From positions 55,915,067 through 55,979,066 of the forward strand of contig NC_068987.1 of assembly GCF_001194135.2 (NCBI RefSeq): a DNA stretch of 64,000 nt. Direction: 5' to 3'. A model generated the notes under the pieces. That model had not been told where the DNA came from and ran no database searches. It saw only the letters and a list, made by a program, of their open reading frames with translations. Made by a program: the position numbers and the translations under genes. The DNA comes from Octopus bimaculoides (lineage: Eukaryota). Below, in pieces: positions 1 through 12,940 of the stretch. Within the stretch, counting starts at the first letter, position 1; each line of letters opens with the position of its first letter.

Positions 1-435
1 CAAATAACATTGGAAAGGATTAAAAATAAATGGGACAGAAGAAAAAAAAAACAATGAATTTATCTGAAATCTCAGTAGAAGGGTTCCTGGAAGGATTCGA
101 TGAGTTTAGTTTCTATGCGAGGGATGAAGAATCTAATACTTCTGGTTTTTGTATTTCGTCTGAGAATCAGGAAGAGAGAATGTGTGTGTGTAGGAGAGAG
201 ACAGACAGACAGATAGACAGACAGAGACAGACAGACAGACAACAGGTAGAGAGTGAGTGAGACAGACAGACAGAGAATGTGGTGCTGTCAATCTCATTGG
301 GTGCAGGCAAGTAAAATCACAAAATGATCTTTAACCCTCGTAGGTCAGCATTGACCAAGCAGACCAATGATTAAAATCGTTCCATACACAACTGTCGTAT
401 CTTATTGTATATTCATTACTCTATTATAAAAGTAA

Positions 436-625
436 GACGCCGAGCTGACAGGATTGTTAGAACGTCGAGCAAAATATACTTAGTGGCATTTCGTCCGTAT
501 TTACGTTCTGAGTTCAAATTCCACTGGGGTCAACATAGTATTTCACTCATTCGGGTTCGAGAAGATAAGGACCGTTTGAGCACTATAGTTGTTGTCATCG
601 ACTTATCCCTTCCTCCAGACTTGAT
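436..625 (+). mobile_element. tRNA-derived SINE, diverged copy (family A)
   Basis: Head with B-box-like GAGTTCAAATTCC and body similar to the copies at 649, 14023 and 37833. Confidence 0.55.
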
Positions 626-648
626 GGCCTTGTGCCAAAACTTCAAAT

Positions 649-853
649 TCACGCCGGGCGAAATGCTTAGCAGTATTTCGTTTGCCGTTACGTTCTGAGT
701 TCAAATTCCGCCGCGGTCGACTTTGCCTTTCATCCTTTCGGGGTCGATTAAATAAGTACCAGTTACGCACTGGGGTCGATCTAATCGACTTAATCCGTTT
801 GTCTGTCCTTGTTTGTCCTCTCTATGTTTAGCCCCTTGTGGTCAATAAAGAAA
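649..853 (+). mobile_element. tRNA-derived SINE (family A) with Tx1-like 3' tail
   Basis: CGAAATGCTTAGC...GTTCTGAGTTCAAATTCCGCC...GGGGTCGATCTAATCGACT; ends CCCCTTGTGGTCAATAAAGAAA followed by (AAT/TAT)n. Confidence 0.75.
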
Positions 854-889
854 TAATAATTATTATTATGATTATTATCTTTATTATTA

Positions 890-1045
890 AGACGATGAAA
901 TGACAGAAACATTACAGATCCGAATACAGTACCTTGCGGTATTCGTTCCAGCTCTAAATTCAAATCACGCAGGTGTCAACTTTGCCTCTTATTCCCTCGG
1001 GATTAATAAAGTACCAATGTAATCAGGACAGGCGTCGATTAAACC
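890..1045 (+). mobile_element. Old SINE family A copy
   Basis: Degenerate match (AAATTCAAATCACGCAGGTGTCAACTTTGCC...AATAAAGTACC) to the adjacent copy. Confidence 0.5.
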
Positions 1046-1046
1046 T

Positions 1047-1100
<54 letters not shown>

Positions 1101-1498
1101 TCACTCACTCACACTCACACACGCAGACACACCATGTCTCTGCTTTCTATCTGTCTTTTTTATGATCCCCCCCTCTCTAGTTTGGACTTCTAATTCGAAG
1201 CTCCAGCTTTGTCAAGCTGTACCATACTATTACATTATGGATAAACGTGAGTGTGGAATGCTCAGCAGGTTACGCGTATATTTCACTGGGAATCAAGTCA
1301 GTTGGTTGAATAACTGATTGTTCATCGTCAACACCGACGGAGATCTCACTCCCAGTAACCGTTGCACTATTCAGTGTATATGAAAGATAGAATATACACG
1401 CATACATACATGCTTACATATATATACATGCACTCTCTTGCTCCCTTTTCTCCTATTCTCAAAGTACATAATATTATATAATGTGATATATACATACG

Positions 1499-1539
1499 TA
1501 TGTATGTATGTATGTATGTATGTATGTATGTATGTATGT
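1499..1539. repeat. (TATG)n microsatellite at the 3' flank of an R4-clade element
   Basis: Direct tandem repeat. Confidence 0.95.
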
Positions 1540-2559
1540 CAATGTTTAGTTTTATTTCAAGATTTCTTGCCAATACAGAAAGAGCCGGTTTCTTCATTCC
1601 TTGGCTGGAATTTCAACATCAATAACAGGGGTTTTTTTTTGTATACATGTATGTATATGTACAGATTTGTATGTTTTGTTTATGTATGTATTCTCATGCA
1701 TATAGATGCAAATCTAGACCTGTTCATATATATTTAAATGATAAATTTCTGGAAAGTTTTTACGTATTTTTACAGTTCCAGTGATCTGTAGTTTTCGAAG
1801 AAGCTTTCTTCTTTCTGGTTTTGAGAAGCCTAATTTCTCAAGATTGGTATCTAGGCAGTGTGTCACATATACCAGGGCCCCGATAGTTACAGGTATAAAC
1901 CTGAACTTGTAATCTGGATAGAATAACTGCATATTTCTCAATAGTTCAGGATAGGTGTTCTCTTTTTCACTGATCTTCAGCTTTATGTTAACATCCGCTG
2001 GGCAGCTAATTTCCACAACGATACACAGTTTCTATTCTCTATCCCAAATCATTATATCAGGTCTGTTGTGTTTACATTTTATTAAGATTTTCACTGGGAC
2101 ATTCCACCAGTACTCCTTTTATTATGAGTGGCTATGGCTTCTACCATAGTTCTTATTTCTTTGTCCTCGGGTTGATCCTTCCGACGGATTTCATTATAGA
2201 GTGTCCTAGCCACAACATCATGTGTCATCGGTAGATAATACCGTGATGACATTTTCGGCCAACTGTTTATGATGTGGTTGATATCTTCGGTGTTAACTTC
2301 ACAAAGTCTGCATTTGTTGTCACATTTGACTGCTTTTCCTGCATTTCTATCTTTTTGTGCATCAGGTGCTTGGTTGATATTTCCTGTTCCTTGATTGCAA
2401 ATGCATATCTTTCAAAGTGGGAGGTAATAATCCGGCTATTGGTCCTTGATAGATTGCTTTGATGATCAATGTTACTATCAGCTCGGAGCTTTCTACCAAC
2501 ATATCCATGCGTAGTCTTCTGTTCAAAAAGGCTCATCATTTCATCTGATGATACGTTGG
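1540..2559 (-). mobile_element. 5'-truncated R4/Dong-clade non-LTR retrotransposon (RLE endonuclease C-terminus plus 3'UTR), decayed
   Basis: Minus-strand peptides FAIKEQEISTKHL, YYLP-HDVVARTLY, EISCPAD...FIPVTIGAL...ITGTVKI resemble the post-RT/RLE region of R4-clade elements; frameshifted. Confidence 0.75.
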
Positions 2560-2638
2560 TATGTATGTATGTATGTATGTATGTATGTATGTANNNNNNN
2601 NNNTATGTATGTATGTATGTATGTATGTATGTATGTAT
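2560..2638. repeat. (TATG)n microsatellite at the 5' flank of the R4-clade element (contains a 10-N gap)
   Basis: Direct tandem repeat. Confidence 0.95.
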
Positions 2639-3121
2639 ATGCGAAGATGACGAATTTCTTAATAATAATTATTCACTTCCTTATCTCAATTTTCTTTTCT
2701 TCTATTAAATGGATATAAACTATATGCTTTATATACACCTATTGCTTTAAGGGAATTTCAATCCCCCAAAATATTAGGTATTGAACCTGTATTTCTTTGG
2801 ATGTAACCATTCCTTCGCGAGGTAACATATCCTCTAATTAAATATATACATGTGCTTATTTATTTATACATGCATATATATATATATCCATACATACATT
2901 TATACACGCGTGTATGAGCCTGTGTGTCTCTGAGTGCACGTGTGATGACAGGGAGAGCGAGAGAGGGTAAATAGATAGTTTACCTACATATTAAAGTATA
3001 CACATATACATACTGCATGTGTTAATGATATATATAAATATATATATATACACATTATATACATGCATGTATGTATATATGTGTGTGAGTGTGTTTGTAA
3101 TATATATGCATATAAATACAC

Positions 3122-3169
<48 letters not shown>

Positions 3170-3809
3170 NNNNNNNNNNNNNNNNNNNNNNNNNNNNNNN
3201 NNNNNNNNNNNNNNNNNNNNNNNNNNNNNNNNNNNNNNNNNNNNNNNNNNNNNNNNNNNNNNNNNNNNNNNNNNNNNNNNNNNNNNNNNNNNNNNNNNNN
3301 NNNNNNNNNNNNNNNNNNNNNNNNNNNNNNNNNNNNNNNNNNNNNNNNNNNNNNNNNNNNNNNNNNNNNNNNNNNNNNNNNNNNNNNNNNNNNNNNNNNN
3401 NNNNNNNNNNNNNNNNNNNNNNNNNNNNNNNNNNNNNNNNNNNNNNNNNNNNNNNNNNNNNNNNNNNNNNNNNNNNNNNNNNNNNNNNNNNNNNNNNNNN
3501 NNNNNNNNNNNNNNNNNNNNNNNNNNNNNNNNNNNNNNNNNNNNNNNNNNNNNNNNNNNNNNNNNNNNNNNNNNNNNNNNNNNNNNNNNNNNNNNNNNNN
3601 NNNNNNNNNNNNNNNNNNNNNNNNNNNNNNNNNNNNNNNNNNNNNNNNNNNNNNNNNNNNNNNNNNNNNNNNNNNNNNNNNNNNNNNNNNNNNNNNNNNN
3701 NNNNNNNNNNNNNNNNNNNNNNNNNNNNNNNNNNNNNNNNNNNNNNNNNNNNNNNNNNNNNNNNNNNNNNNNNNNNNNNNNNNNNNNNNNNNNNNNNNNN
3801 NNNNNNNNN

Positions 3810-3856
<47 letters not shown>

Positions 3857-5788
3857 TCTATGCAAAGTATATATCATTCATAAACTATGAAATTACGCAA
3901 GTCAATCAGAAGAAATTAGTATTTTGCTGTATGCAAATGTAATTCGCTTTCTCATTTTTGTATGTACTTAGGCGTAAATCTCACTGAGCGCATTATAAGT
4001 GCTTGAATGTTTACATGCATGCATGTACTCGCGCGTGTTTGTGTAATAAAGAATATGGGTCTTTGTTAGTCTCTCTTGTCTTTGATATGAATTTCTCAAT
4101 GTCTAATTTTGTATGTACATACGTATGTATATATGTGTGTGTCTATGTATGTATGTATGTATGTATGTATGTATGCATGTATGTATGTATGTATGTATGT
4201 ATGTACGTATGTTTGTATATATGTATGTACGTGTATATGTATGTGTGTGTTTGCATGTACGTACATATGTGTGTTAATGTGCGTGTACAAATATATTTTA
4301 CTTTTGCACCTCTTTATTTCTTAAACCTTAATCGTTTTGTAATGGCGTGAAGCTTCTTCGGCGTGTTAATATAATAAAGAACAAAATACTTGTGTTTCAA
4401 GGGCCAAGAAATACTGGAAATTATTTCAGGCAAAACGGATTGTATCATAGAAGTACACTGCACTTAATCGCTGCGATGAACTATATTCTATAAAATCCAG
4501 AAACACTCAAACACAAATTAAAATTGAATTTTGATATTAGAAAGATGCAGAAAATCTAGTCGTGTTAACTCGACAGGTTTTTTTCCAATTCGTGTCAGAA
4601 AACTGAACCTTCATCCAATCCCACCAAAACTCCACTGAAGTGGAAATTGTTCCTGAATTACCTATGTGAGTTGGATTACAGTTGCCGGATTGGGAATAAA
4701 AATGTTCTTATCAACTATATCTTTTAGATTAAGCTTCAGTTTCTGCTTATGTCAGTAACACTGTGGGGCCTCGGGAGAAATTTTTTTGTGGCATTTTGTT
4801 ATTTCTCCTCACCTTATTTCGAATTCCGCCAAAGTAAACACATAGCTTTTTCATACTTATGCAGGTGATAGAAGAAGTATCAGTCGGGAACTTAATAGAT
4901 TACCATGGAAATTGATGAATATTTAGATGAAATGCATACAAAAGCAAGTTAAACTCAAAGCACAAAGTCATTGTAGTTAATGGCAGGAATGGGTGAAAAG
5001 GAGATTAAGCTGACTTTTCGGACTGGGGAACTTTGTCCATACAGGGGAAAGGGGAAAATAGAGAAAAAAGAAAGAGATTAAGTTGATTTAAAGATCCCCC
5101 ATGCTTAAATGATACACAAGAAGTAAAGAAGTTTCTTTTTTGGCATAGGTGAGCTGTCAGTATTATTAGAAATATGCGCCAAAAGTGTGAGAGGAAAGAT
5201 TAAGAATGTTTAAAACACTTTTATGTTTATAGTAGATTTACAGTAGGTTTATTATGTATATGTGTTACAAGCGAGAGGAAAGAAATACAGTATTTGTGAG
5301 GTATGTATAAGTGTGCATAAAACGTGCAATGAATAAAGTGTGCGAGCAGTGTTGTGTGCAAGTATGTGTTTATGTATGTGTGTAGAACCACTAAAACGTG
5401 TCCAAGACACCATAGTGGTGGATGTGGGTACATTGGATAGGGATTAAATGTGTAAGTTTATGGGTAAAGAAGGAGAGTATCATAAAGTGCGTGTGAGTAT
5501 GTGTTAGTGTGTGTGTAAACAGGGATGGTTGAGCATAATGTGCATGTAGAGTATTTAAGTGAAGAGCAAGTCGGCCAGTTATGCTAATATAGACAGATAT
5601 GTTCAAATGGAAAATCAATTACTGTTTCTATTTCGCTATTCTGAAGATGATACAAATCCATAGAAGTCTTGTTTTCCGTCTTCGTCGGAGACAGAACTGA
5701 TCTTTCGCTGAAACAACACATTTGCCTCTACAGATATTAACAATCGACTTGCGTTCCTCTAAATTATCCCTTTGTCTACACAATGCTT

Positions 5789-5853
<65 letters not shown>

Positions 5854-6910
5854 TACATTTCCAGTCATTTCCTCACAGTAACCCCGCATACTGTATACAT
5901 ATACGTTTCTCATGCCACTCGCATTCTCTACGCTTACACCATTTCATCACCATCCACACACATTCGCGCCTTACTCTATGTCGCCTTTCTCATACTTCTT
6001 ACTCATTTTAGACACACACACATACACACACGCACACACATACACACATACACATCCACATATATTCACAAATGCCTTTGCTTAAACATGCGCATACATA
6101 AATATGCTTCACGTATATTTCTATTCGCTTACATCACCATCCAACTCTGACACGCCTCCCATCAAGACTTTACTTTATTTGTCTTTAATATACGTAAACA
6201 CACACTCACACATAACCTCGATCGCACACTACACTGCGTATTCGCTCTTACATACACACGATTAAACATGATACACACATACATTATTTTGTTTCTCATA
6301 CGTGTCCCAAACACTCATAAACCTACATCACACAAACATGCACACACATAACTCTGTTTCATTGCACACTTCATTTCTTTTTCCACGCGTTCACGCTTAC
6401 TTCCCTTACAATTGTTCACTCTTCTATGCTAAATACAACATTCTTTTTATTACATGTCTTCTTGTCTACCATTCAAGCATATTATATCTGAATCAACTGC
6501 GCTTTTTTTAAAATCCTTTCTTACAAATTTTTCTTTTCCTTCTTCCCTCTTCACCAAAATAACACAGTTTGAAATTACGACTTACTTTTCTTTCCATTCA
6601 CCCATACCATTAAATGCATTGATTTTATACCTAGTACATTGTTTTCTTATTGTTTTGTTTTGTTTTTGACTTTTTACATACGTGACTCACTTGGATATCA
6701 TCACACTACAATGATGTAAACTTCACCCGGATTACTCCTAGATTTTTATTCTAATTAATTATAACTTCTCACTAAAATATGAAGTCTTTGTATTTGTCAG
6801 GAATCGATATTATAGTAATTGTTGGTAGAGGTGTTGTATGTGTGTTTGGTGGATTTTTGTGGATGCGGGTTTGTTGTGGGTTTTTTTTTTTTACTTGTTG
6901 TTCATTTTAG

Positions 6911-7017
6911 CTCGGATCGAGAAAATCTATGATCATCTGCTTTTCACCCGTGACCAGCTTGTGTATCCAGCATCATCTCCACTGCGTCCACTTTTGAGAC
7001 AGTCGGCTGCCATTTGA
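6911..7017 (+). CDS. Candidate terminal coding exon, unknown protein (xRIEKIYDHLLFTRDQLVYPASSPLRPLLRQSAAI*)
   Basis: Long T tract ending TTCATTTTAG| acceptor, open phase-1 frame to TGA, non-repetitive sequence; no homolog recognised. Confidence 0.3.
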
Positions 7018-7319
7018 AGAGGATATGACAACTAATTCTAACAGATGGAATGACTGTGGAAAGTTCCTCTCATTTACTTTCCAGTCTTGTTGTTTAGCCG
7101 CAACAGCACGAATGTAAACTTTGTGAACAATAATGTCCAAGACAAAAATAATACATTTAATATCGATTAACTCACTAACACACACAAGGTTAAAGGGAAA
7201 TCTTTAAGTTAAACAAGACAACAGAAAAGTTTTGCAAAGGCGTTTCTGAACTTCTCTTTTAACTAGTGAGGAGATAGGATAAACCGACCTTCTCTCCAAC
7301 AAGTATGGCTGTCCTCAGA

Positions 7320-8470
7320 GTTGGGTCTATAAATGTGTGCAGTCTGGAGTCAGCTTGGAAATCAGATCACTTGCTCAACTATCTACTATCTCAAGTCACT
7401 AAACATAGATGTAATAGCGACCAGTGAGACTAGGATCTCTGGGTGCAGTCACTTGCAGCCATTTTCGATAACTGTGAGATATCCTCTTCTAGTGGTTTGT
7501 TGGGATCAAATTATGAGGTGGCCGTGTTATTCCAGAAATCCTTAAATCCTTATATCTCCAAGTAAGAACAATTTTCCTCAATCTGGATAATGAAATGGTA
7601 GCCATAAACGTGAATGTCAGTGAAGGTGGTGCTTTCAGACTAGTGGTCGTGCATGCTCCGACAAGGGCTGGCGACCTGATTTCTACAGACTTCTAGAAGC
7701 CTTCTAGAAACGTCTCGATCTCTATTATAAGTGGGGAATCGTAAATATATTTTTGACGCATGGATGGCGGGATTGCGTTGGGCTACAACATAGAAGAAAA
7801 TCATGTTAAGCTTCGAAAACCAACTCAAATTTTCCAACAGTTTGACGAGTACAGACTGGATTTCCGTGATGCATCAGTGTAACTGTGGAGCAATCGTAGC
7901 AGGATATCCAAATTATATCTAAATAGTGTATATGTTAGGCCAGCGGATAAGACGTCCACAGTTCAAACTGGTCGGCTCCACAAGCCACAAATTTGTAATC
8001 TGCTCAGTCGATTTAGATAGTACTCGTAGACTGGGGCCCGAACGCATTTTTACAGGGACCGGATTAGTGAATTAATTAAGCTGCGGTCGACAGTAGTAGT
8101 CATCAATAACTGGTGGTGGGATGCGCTGAAGACGGCGATCAAAATCGATTCGGCTATTAGCTGCGATCATCATGACGATTTTTCTATCGCCTTCCTTCAG
8201 TCGCACAGTGAAGGCAACTTCCCTCTCCCTGATGGTTATAGCAAAAGGGGTTGTGTGGTGGATGAGGCTGTAAGGTATGAGGACAGAGACTTTCTTCTTT
8301 GGTTAAGCGCTCATTGACCTTTTCAAGTTTTAGTTGAAAGTGAAGATGAGGGTGAAGAGGGAGGTGCTTTCCTTGAGTGAATTTATAGAGAGGTTGGTGA
8401 AAGAAGTGAAGAGAGTATATAAGCCTTTAAGTCGGAGAATGAGAGCTGGAGAGTTTTCATGCCACTGGTG
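7320..8470 (+). mobile_element. Decayed Tx1/L1-clade LINE: APE domain and linker (7320-8160) joined directly to the ORF2 C-terminus (8160-8470)
   Basis: YLKSLNIDVIATSETR, GAFRLVVVHAP, RDRISELIK...WWWDALKTAIK; 8160-8470 aligns with 15310-15560 and 40660-40920. Confidence 0.75.
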
Positions 8471-8699
8471 TTCAAGGGGATCTTTGCATCGTCGTCGCCA
8501 TCCTCATCGTCATCATCATCATCATTATCGTTGTCGTCTTTTTAAATAATAAATGTTATGTGTACTTATATTTCATATTTTTATCATTTAAAAAAAATTT
8601 CAGTGTTGTTTATTATGTATTCTATATTTTAAAAGGTTTTTTCCTCTTATCGTGCAATTTTATGTAAATCCACACAACTTATATCTTTATCTTTGTATA

Positions 8700-9690
8700 G
8701 TCTCCCATAGGTGTTACTCTATTTCGCAAATAGGGCTAGCAGAATCGTTAGCGGATCGGAAAAGCCAATTGCGGTATTTGTTCCAAATCCAGTCAAGGTT
8801 AACCTAGCCTTCTATCCTTTTACTGTCCATAAAATTAGGAAAAAAAAACAAAAACTTCGTAGCAGCGACTCAAGACTTTTTACGTACAGAGAAGGTAAAA
8901 GCGGGAAGCCCTGACGGACCGAGGGTGTGAAGCAAAACGTTAAAGAGAGGAAGTCGTTTACTTCGACCATCGAGCATGTGCCGTTATGCTTTACAGCAAT
9001 CCAGCACCTGAAGACGGATCCATACCCGTCCGATTTCAGATAAACTTCCTGATCCTAGGCTATGTGTTTGAGTTATGGGCCAAAAATTGAATGCCACGTC
9101 TCCTTTTTCAACGTCCCTTTTCAGCAGCTTCACCACTCCATGCAATAGAAATACTCTCATTCTGCTACCAGTTGCGGCAAACGTTCACCAACAGATCGCC
9201 AAACAAGTCAGGAATGAACTCGTAGAATTTGTTGGGCAGACAATTCAAACAAGGCTGTTTGCGCCTAGTGCAAACGTTCATTGCATCCCGTATTTCAATA
9301 GCTCTTATCGGTATTTCGTAAAGCTTCGCATTTTCTGCCGAGGATCACAACAAGTGATCAAACTATAGTCCACTACTGTCTCCCACACATTGTCTATCCC
9401 TAGCTGCCGAGTGAAGTGCTGCTGGAAAGCTGCACAATTATGCTCGGAACCGAGTAGCACATGCTCGTTTTAATCCATCAGAAATTTGATTGTGGATTTG
9501 GTGTCATGTCGCACCTCCGACACACAAGCCCATCGACCGACTTTTGTTCCCTAGTCTTTAAGCACACAAGCTTTAGTTCTGACAAAGTATCCTTCGTGTT
9601 TGACGTTAAAGAAATGTCCAAGGGTCATTCTCACCGTCAGCACATTGGTCGCGATTTGTCCCTTGCGTAACGACACAGCTTTCTCAGAAG
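8700..9690 (-). mobile_element. Decayed Tx1/L1-clade ORF2 linker and RT N-terminal half, inverted relative to 7320-8470
   Basis: Minus-strand KHEGYFVRTK, CLPNKFYEFIPDLFGDLL, VVKLLKRDVEKGD...NFWPIT and SVRQGFPLLPSLYV (QG motif); many stops and frameshifts. Confidence 0.8.
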
Positions 9691-10584
9691 ATAATAAATA
9701 AAATCAGCCATACAAGACATACATGAAAAAATGTAGCACTCATTTTCGACCACTTAATGAACTAAGGCATGTAAAATTTAACGTGCAGAAAAAATCGCCA
9801 ACAAATAATTTGAACTAAAGGCCTAAGAAGTATTGATGAATCCAGTTGAACAGTTATGCTTCTATAGTCTTTATTATGTGTATTTTTTTCTCGTTTAACG
9901 ACATTGACAAAAGGAAGACAAGATTTGGCCCCGCTGGAAATTGCGCCTATAAATTTCGGACAGCAAAGTAGACATCACTGATTTATCAAATGAGATAAGA
10001 GAACAGCTGTAGCACAAACACTGCCTCTCGGGGTTATTTGTTTATGAAATTCTGATTTATTTGTAGTTATTTATTACATAAAATTGCTAACTTTTTTTTC
10101 GTTCTAAACGATGCCAAGACTAGAGATCAATAATTCATAAGTGAAAGGAGAAAATGATAAATGATTACAGAGATATTGAGAGCAAAAACTAGAAAGAAAA
10201 AGAAAAAGCAACACAAAGAGTGCGGTGAGAAGAGAGGAAAGAAAGCAACTAATTTATATTCCCACATACATACAAGCATACATGTATGCATGCATGCTCA
10301 CATATACATACATATATATATATGCATGGATATATATGCATATATACATATATATGTATACATATATACACACACGCGCACAAATACACACATGCATATG
10401 CATACACATGGATGTATGTATATATGTACATTTATATGTAATATGTATATAAGTGATGACAGATGGGACACAAGAAAGTGTGAGGGAAAATGATGCAGAT
10501 GATTAATCAACAAAAGTACACATATATGTATGTATGTATATATGTATGTATGCATGTATGCATCTATAAACACACACACACACA

Positions 10585-10648
<64 letters not shown>

Positions 10649-11001
10649 NNNNNNNNNNNNNNNNNNNNNNNNNNNNNNNNNNNNNNNNNNNNNNNNNNNN
10701 NNNNNNNNNNNNNNNNNNNNNNNNNNNNNNNNNNNNNNNNNNNNNNNNNNNNNNNNNNNNNNNNNNNNNNNNNNNNNNNNNNNNNNNNNNNNNNNNNNNN
10801 NNNNNNNNNNNNNNNNNNNNNNNNNNNNNNNNNNNNNNNNNNNNNNNNNNNNNNNNNNNNNNNNNNNNNNNNNNNNNNNNNNNNNNNNNNNNNNNNNNNN
10901 NNNNNNNNNNNNNNNNNNNNNNNNNNNNNNNNNNNNNNNNNNNNNNNNNNNNNNNNNNNNNNNNNNNNNNNNNNNNNNNNNNNNNNNNNNNNNNNNNNNN
11001 N

Positions 11002-11042
<41 letters not shown>

Positions 11043-11321
11043 TATATACATGCATACATATATTTTAATGCATATCATTATATAGTAATCATAGGATTTT
11101 GTTTTTAACATTTCACACTTGATAGGTGCTTCTGTATCTGAAAATGATTGATGTAACTATCGCACTGAATATATAGAAAAAGAAGTAAACATGAAATATA
11201 AAACAAAGGAGGCAAATAAGACACATACAGCAAAAATAAAATAAAATAAATACATTGTACTCTTGTGTTTTCATTAATTTTGTATCGATTGATCAATAAA
11301 CTTTCGTAAATATATGTATAT

Positions 11322-11361
<40 letters not shown>

Positions 11362-11424
11362 GAGTGTCTGTGTGTGTGTGTGTGTGTGTCTGTATATGCG
11401 TGTAGGGGGTGTATACATAAGACC

Positions 11425-11515
11425 CATCGGCTAAAATTCTTGAGGGCGGTGCTCGAGTATGGCCGCAGTTTAATACCTAAAACAAGTGAAAGATAAAAGC
11501 TAAAAGATACAAGAA
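11425..11515 (+). mobile_element. SINE family B fragment
   Basis: GGCGGTGCTCGAGTATGGCCGCAGTTTAAT..CTAAAACAAGTGAAAG is the reverse complement of the family B segment at 20990 and 61920. Confidence 0.55.
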
Positions 11516-12257
11516 TAAAGACATATGCATGTATGTATCATAAATAAGTGTTTATGTGTGTGTGTGTATATATACATATATATATATGTATATATGTATA
11601 TATATATATATATATATATNNNNNNNNNNNNNNNNNNNNNNNNNNNNNNNNNNNNNNNNNNNNNNNNNNNNNNNNNNNNNNNNNNNNNNNNNNNNNNNNN
11701 NNNNNNNNNNNNNNNNNNNNNNNNNNNNNNNNNNNNNNNNNNNNNNNNNNNNNNNNNNNNNNNNNNNNNNNNNNNNNNNNNNNNNNNNNNNNNNNNNNNN
11801 NNNNNNNNNNNNNNNNNNNNNNNNNNNNNNNNNNNNNNNNNNNNNNNNNNNNNNNNNNNNNNNNNNNNNNNNNNNNNNNNNNNNNNNNNNNNNNNNNNNN
11901 NNNNNNNNNNNNNNNNNNNNNNNNNNNNNNNNNNNNNNNNNNNNNNNNNNNNNNNNNNNNNNNNNNNNNNNNNNNNNNNNNNNNNNNNNNNNNNNNNNNN
12001 NNNNNNNNNNNNNNNNNNNNNNNNNNNNNNNNNNNNNNNNNNNNNNNNNNNNNNNNNNNNNNNNNNNNNNNNNNNNNNNNNNNNNNNNNNNNNNNNNNNN
12101 NNNNNNNNNNNNNNNNNNNNNNNNNNNNNNNNNNNNNNNNNNNNNNNNNNNNNNNNNNNNNNNNNNNNNNNNNNNNNNNNNNNNNNNNNNNNNNNNNNNN
12201 NNNNNNNNNNNNNNNNNNNNNNNNNNNNNNNNNNNNNNNNNNNNNNNNNNNNNNNNN

Positions 12258-12308
<51 letters not shown>

Positions 12309-12627
12309 TATTTAAAATTTTTCTTCATTTTTATCTTTATCCTTTTGTTGTCGTTATGGTTATATATCTTTTTTCTTTTTTATGTTTTGTTCTGGGGTTT
12401 CATTTTTGTTTTCTTCTTTTCATTTTGTTGACTGTAATTAGCATTAATAGTTTGTGTGTATAAGCTCGATAAGAATCTTTTACTCTCTATCAAGAACTAC
12501 AAAATAATTATTGTTTACCACTGGGTGTCCTCGGAGCCACCCATCTACACTGTAAATGTTTCGTTAATATCTTTCTTTGTCAGCGTATTCAAAGAATCTG
12601 TTTTTGTCTTTGGTTCTTTCATTTCAC

Positions 12628-12940
12628 ATTATTATGATTATTGTTCAGTAGTTTTATTTTTATAACGTGCTTTCACTTCACTACCGAGCGCAGCTATGTG
12701 CGCCTTGGGTATGTGCTGTGGTTTGCTGTGGTGCTCTTATGGTTACTGTATTGAAAGTGTTTTGCGTAGGATGTGTGCTGTGCCCAGTAGTGCAATTTTC
12801 TGTATGTTATATATATTTGTAAGTCCTGGTGTTTTTGTTATGTATTTGTCTGAATATTTTTTTATTATACCTAAGGCACCTACTATAATAGGAATTGTTT
12901 CTGTTTTTAGATTCCACATTCGAGTTACCTCTATTTCGAG
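12628..12940 (-). mobile_element. R4/Dong-clade retrotransposon 3' end (RLE C-terminus plus 3'UTR); 5' part lost in the gap
   Basis: Uninterrupted frame 12940-12743: LEIEVTRMWNLKTETIPIIVGALGIIKKYSDKYITKTPGLTNIYNIQKIALLGTAHILRKTLSIQ*; short (AAT) tail. Confidence 0.8.

Noticed and set aside
4540-4930. Several plus-strand acceptor/donor pairs with short frames
   Set aside because: Conflicting frames, early stops and no recognisable protein.
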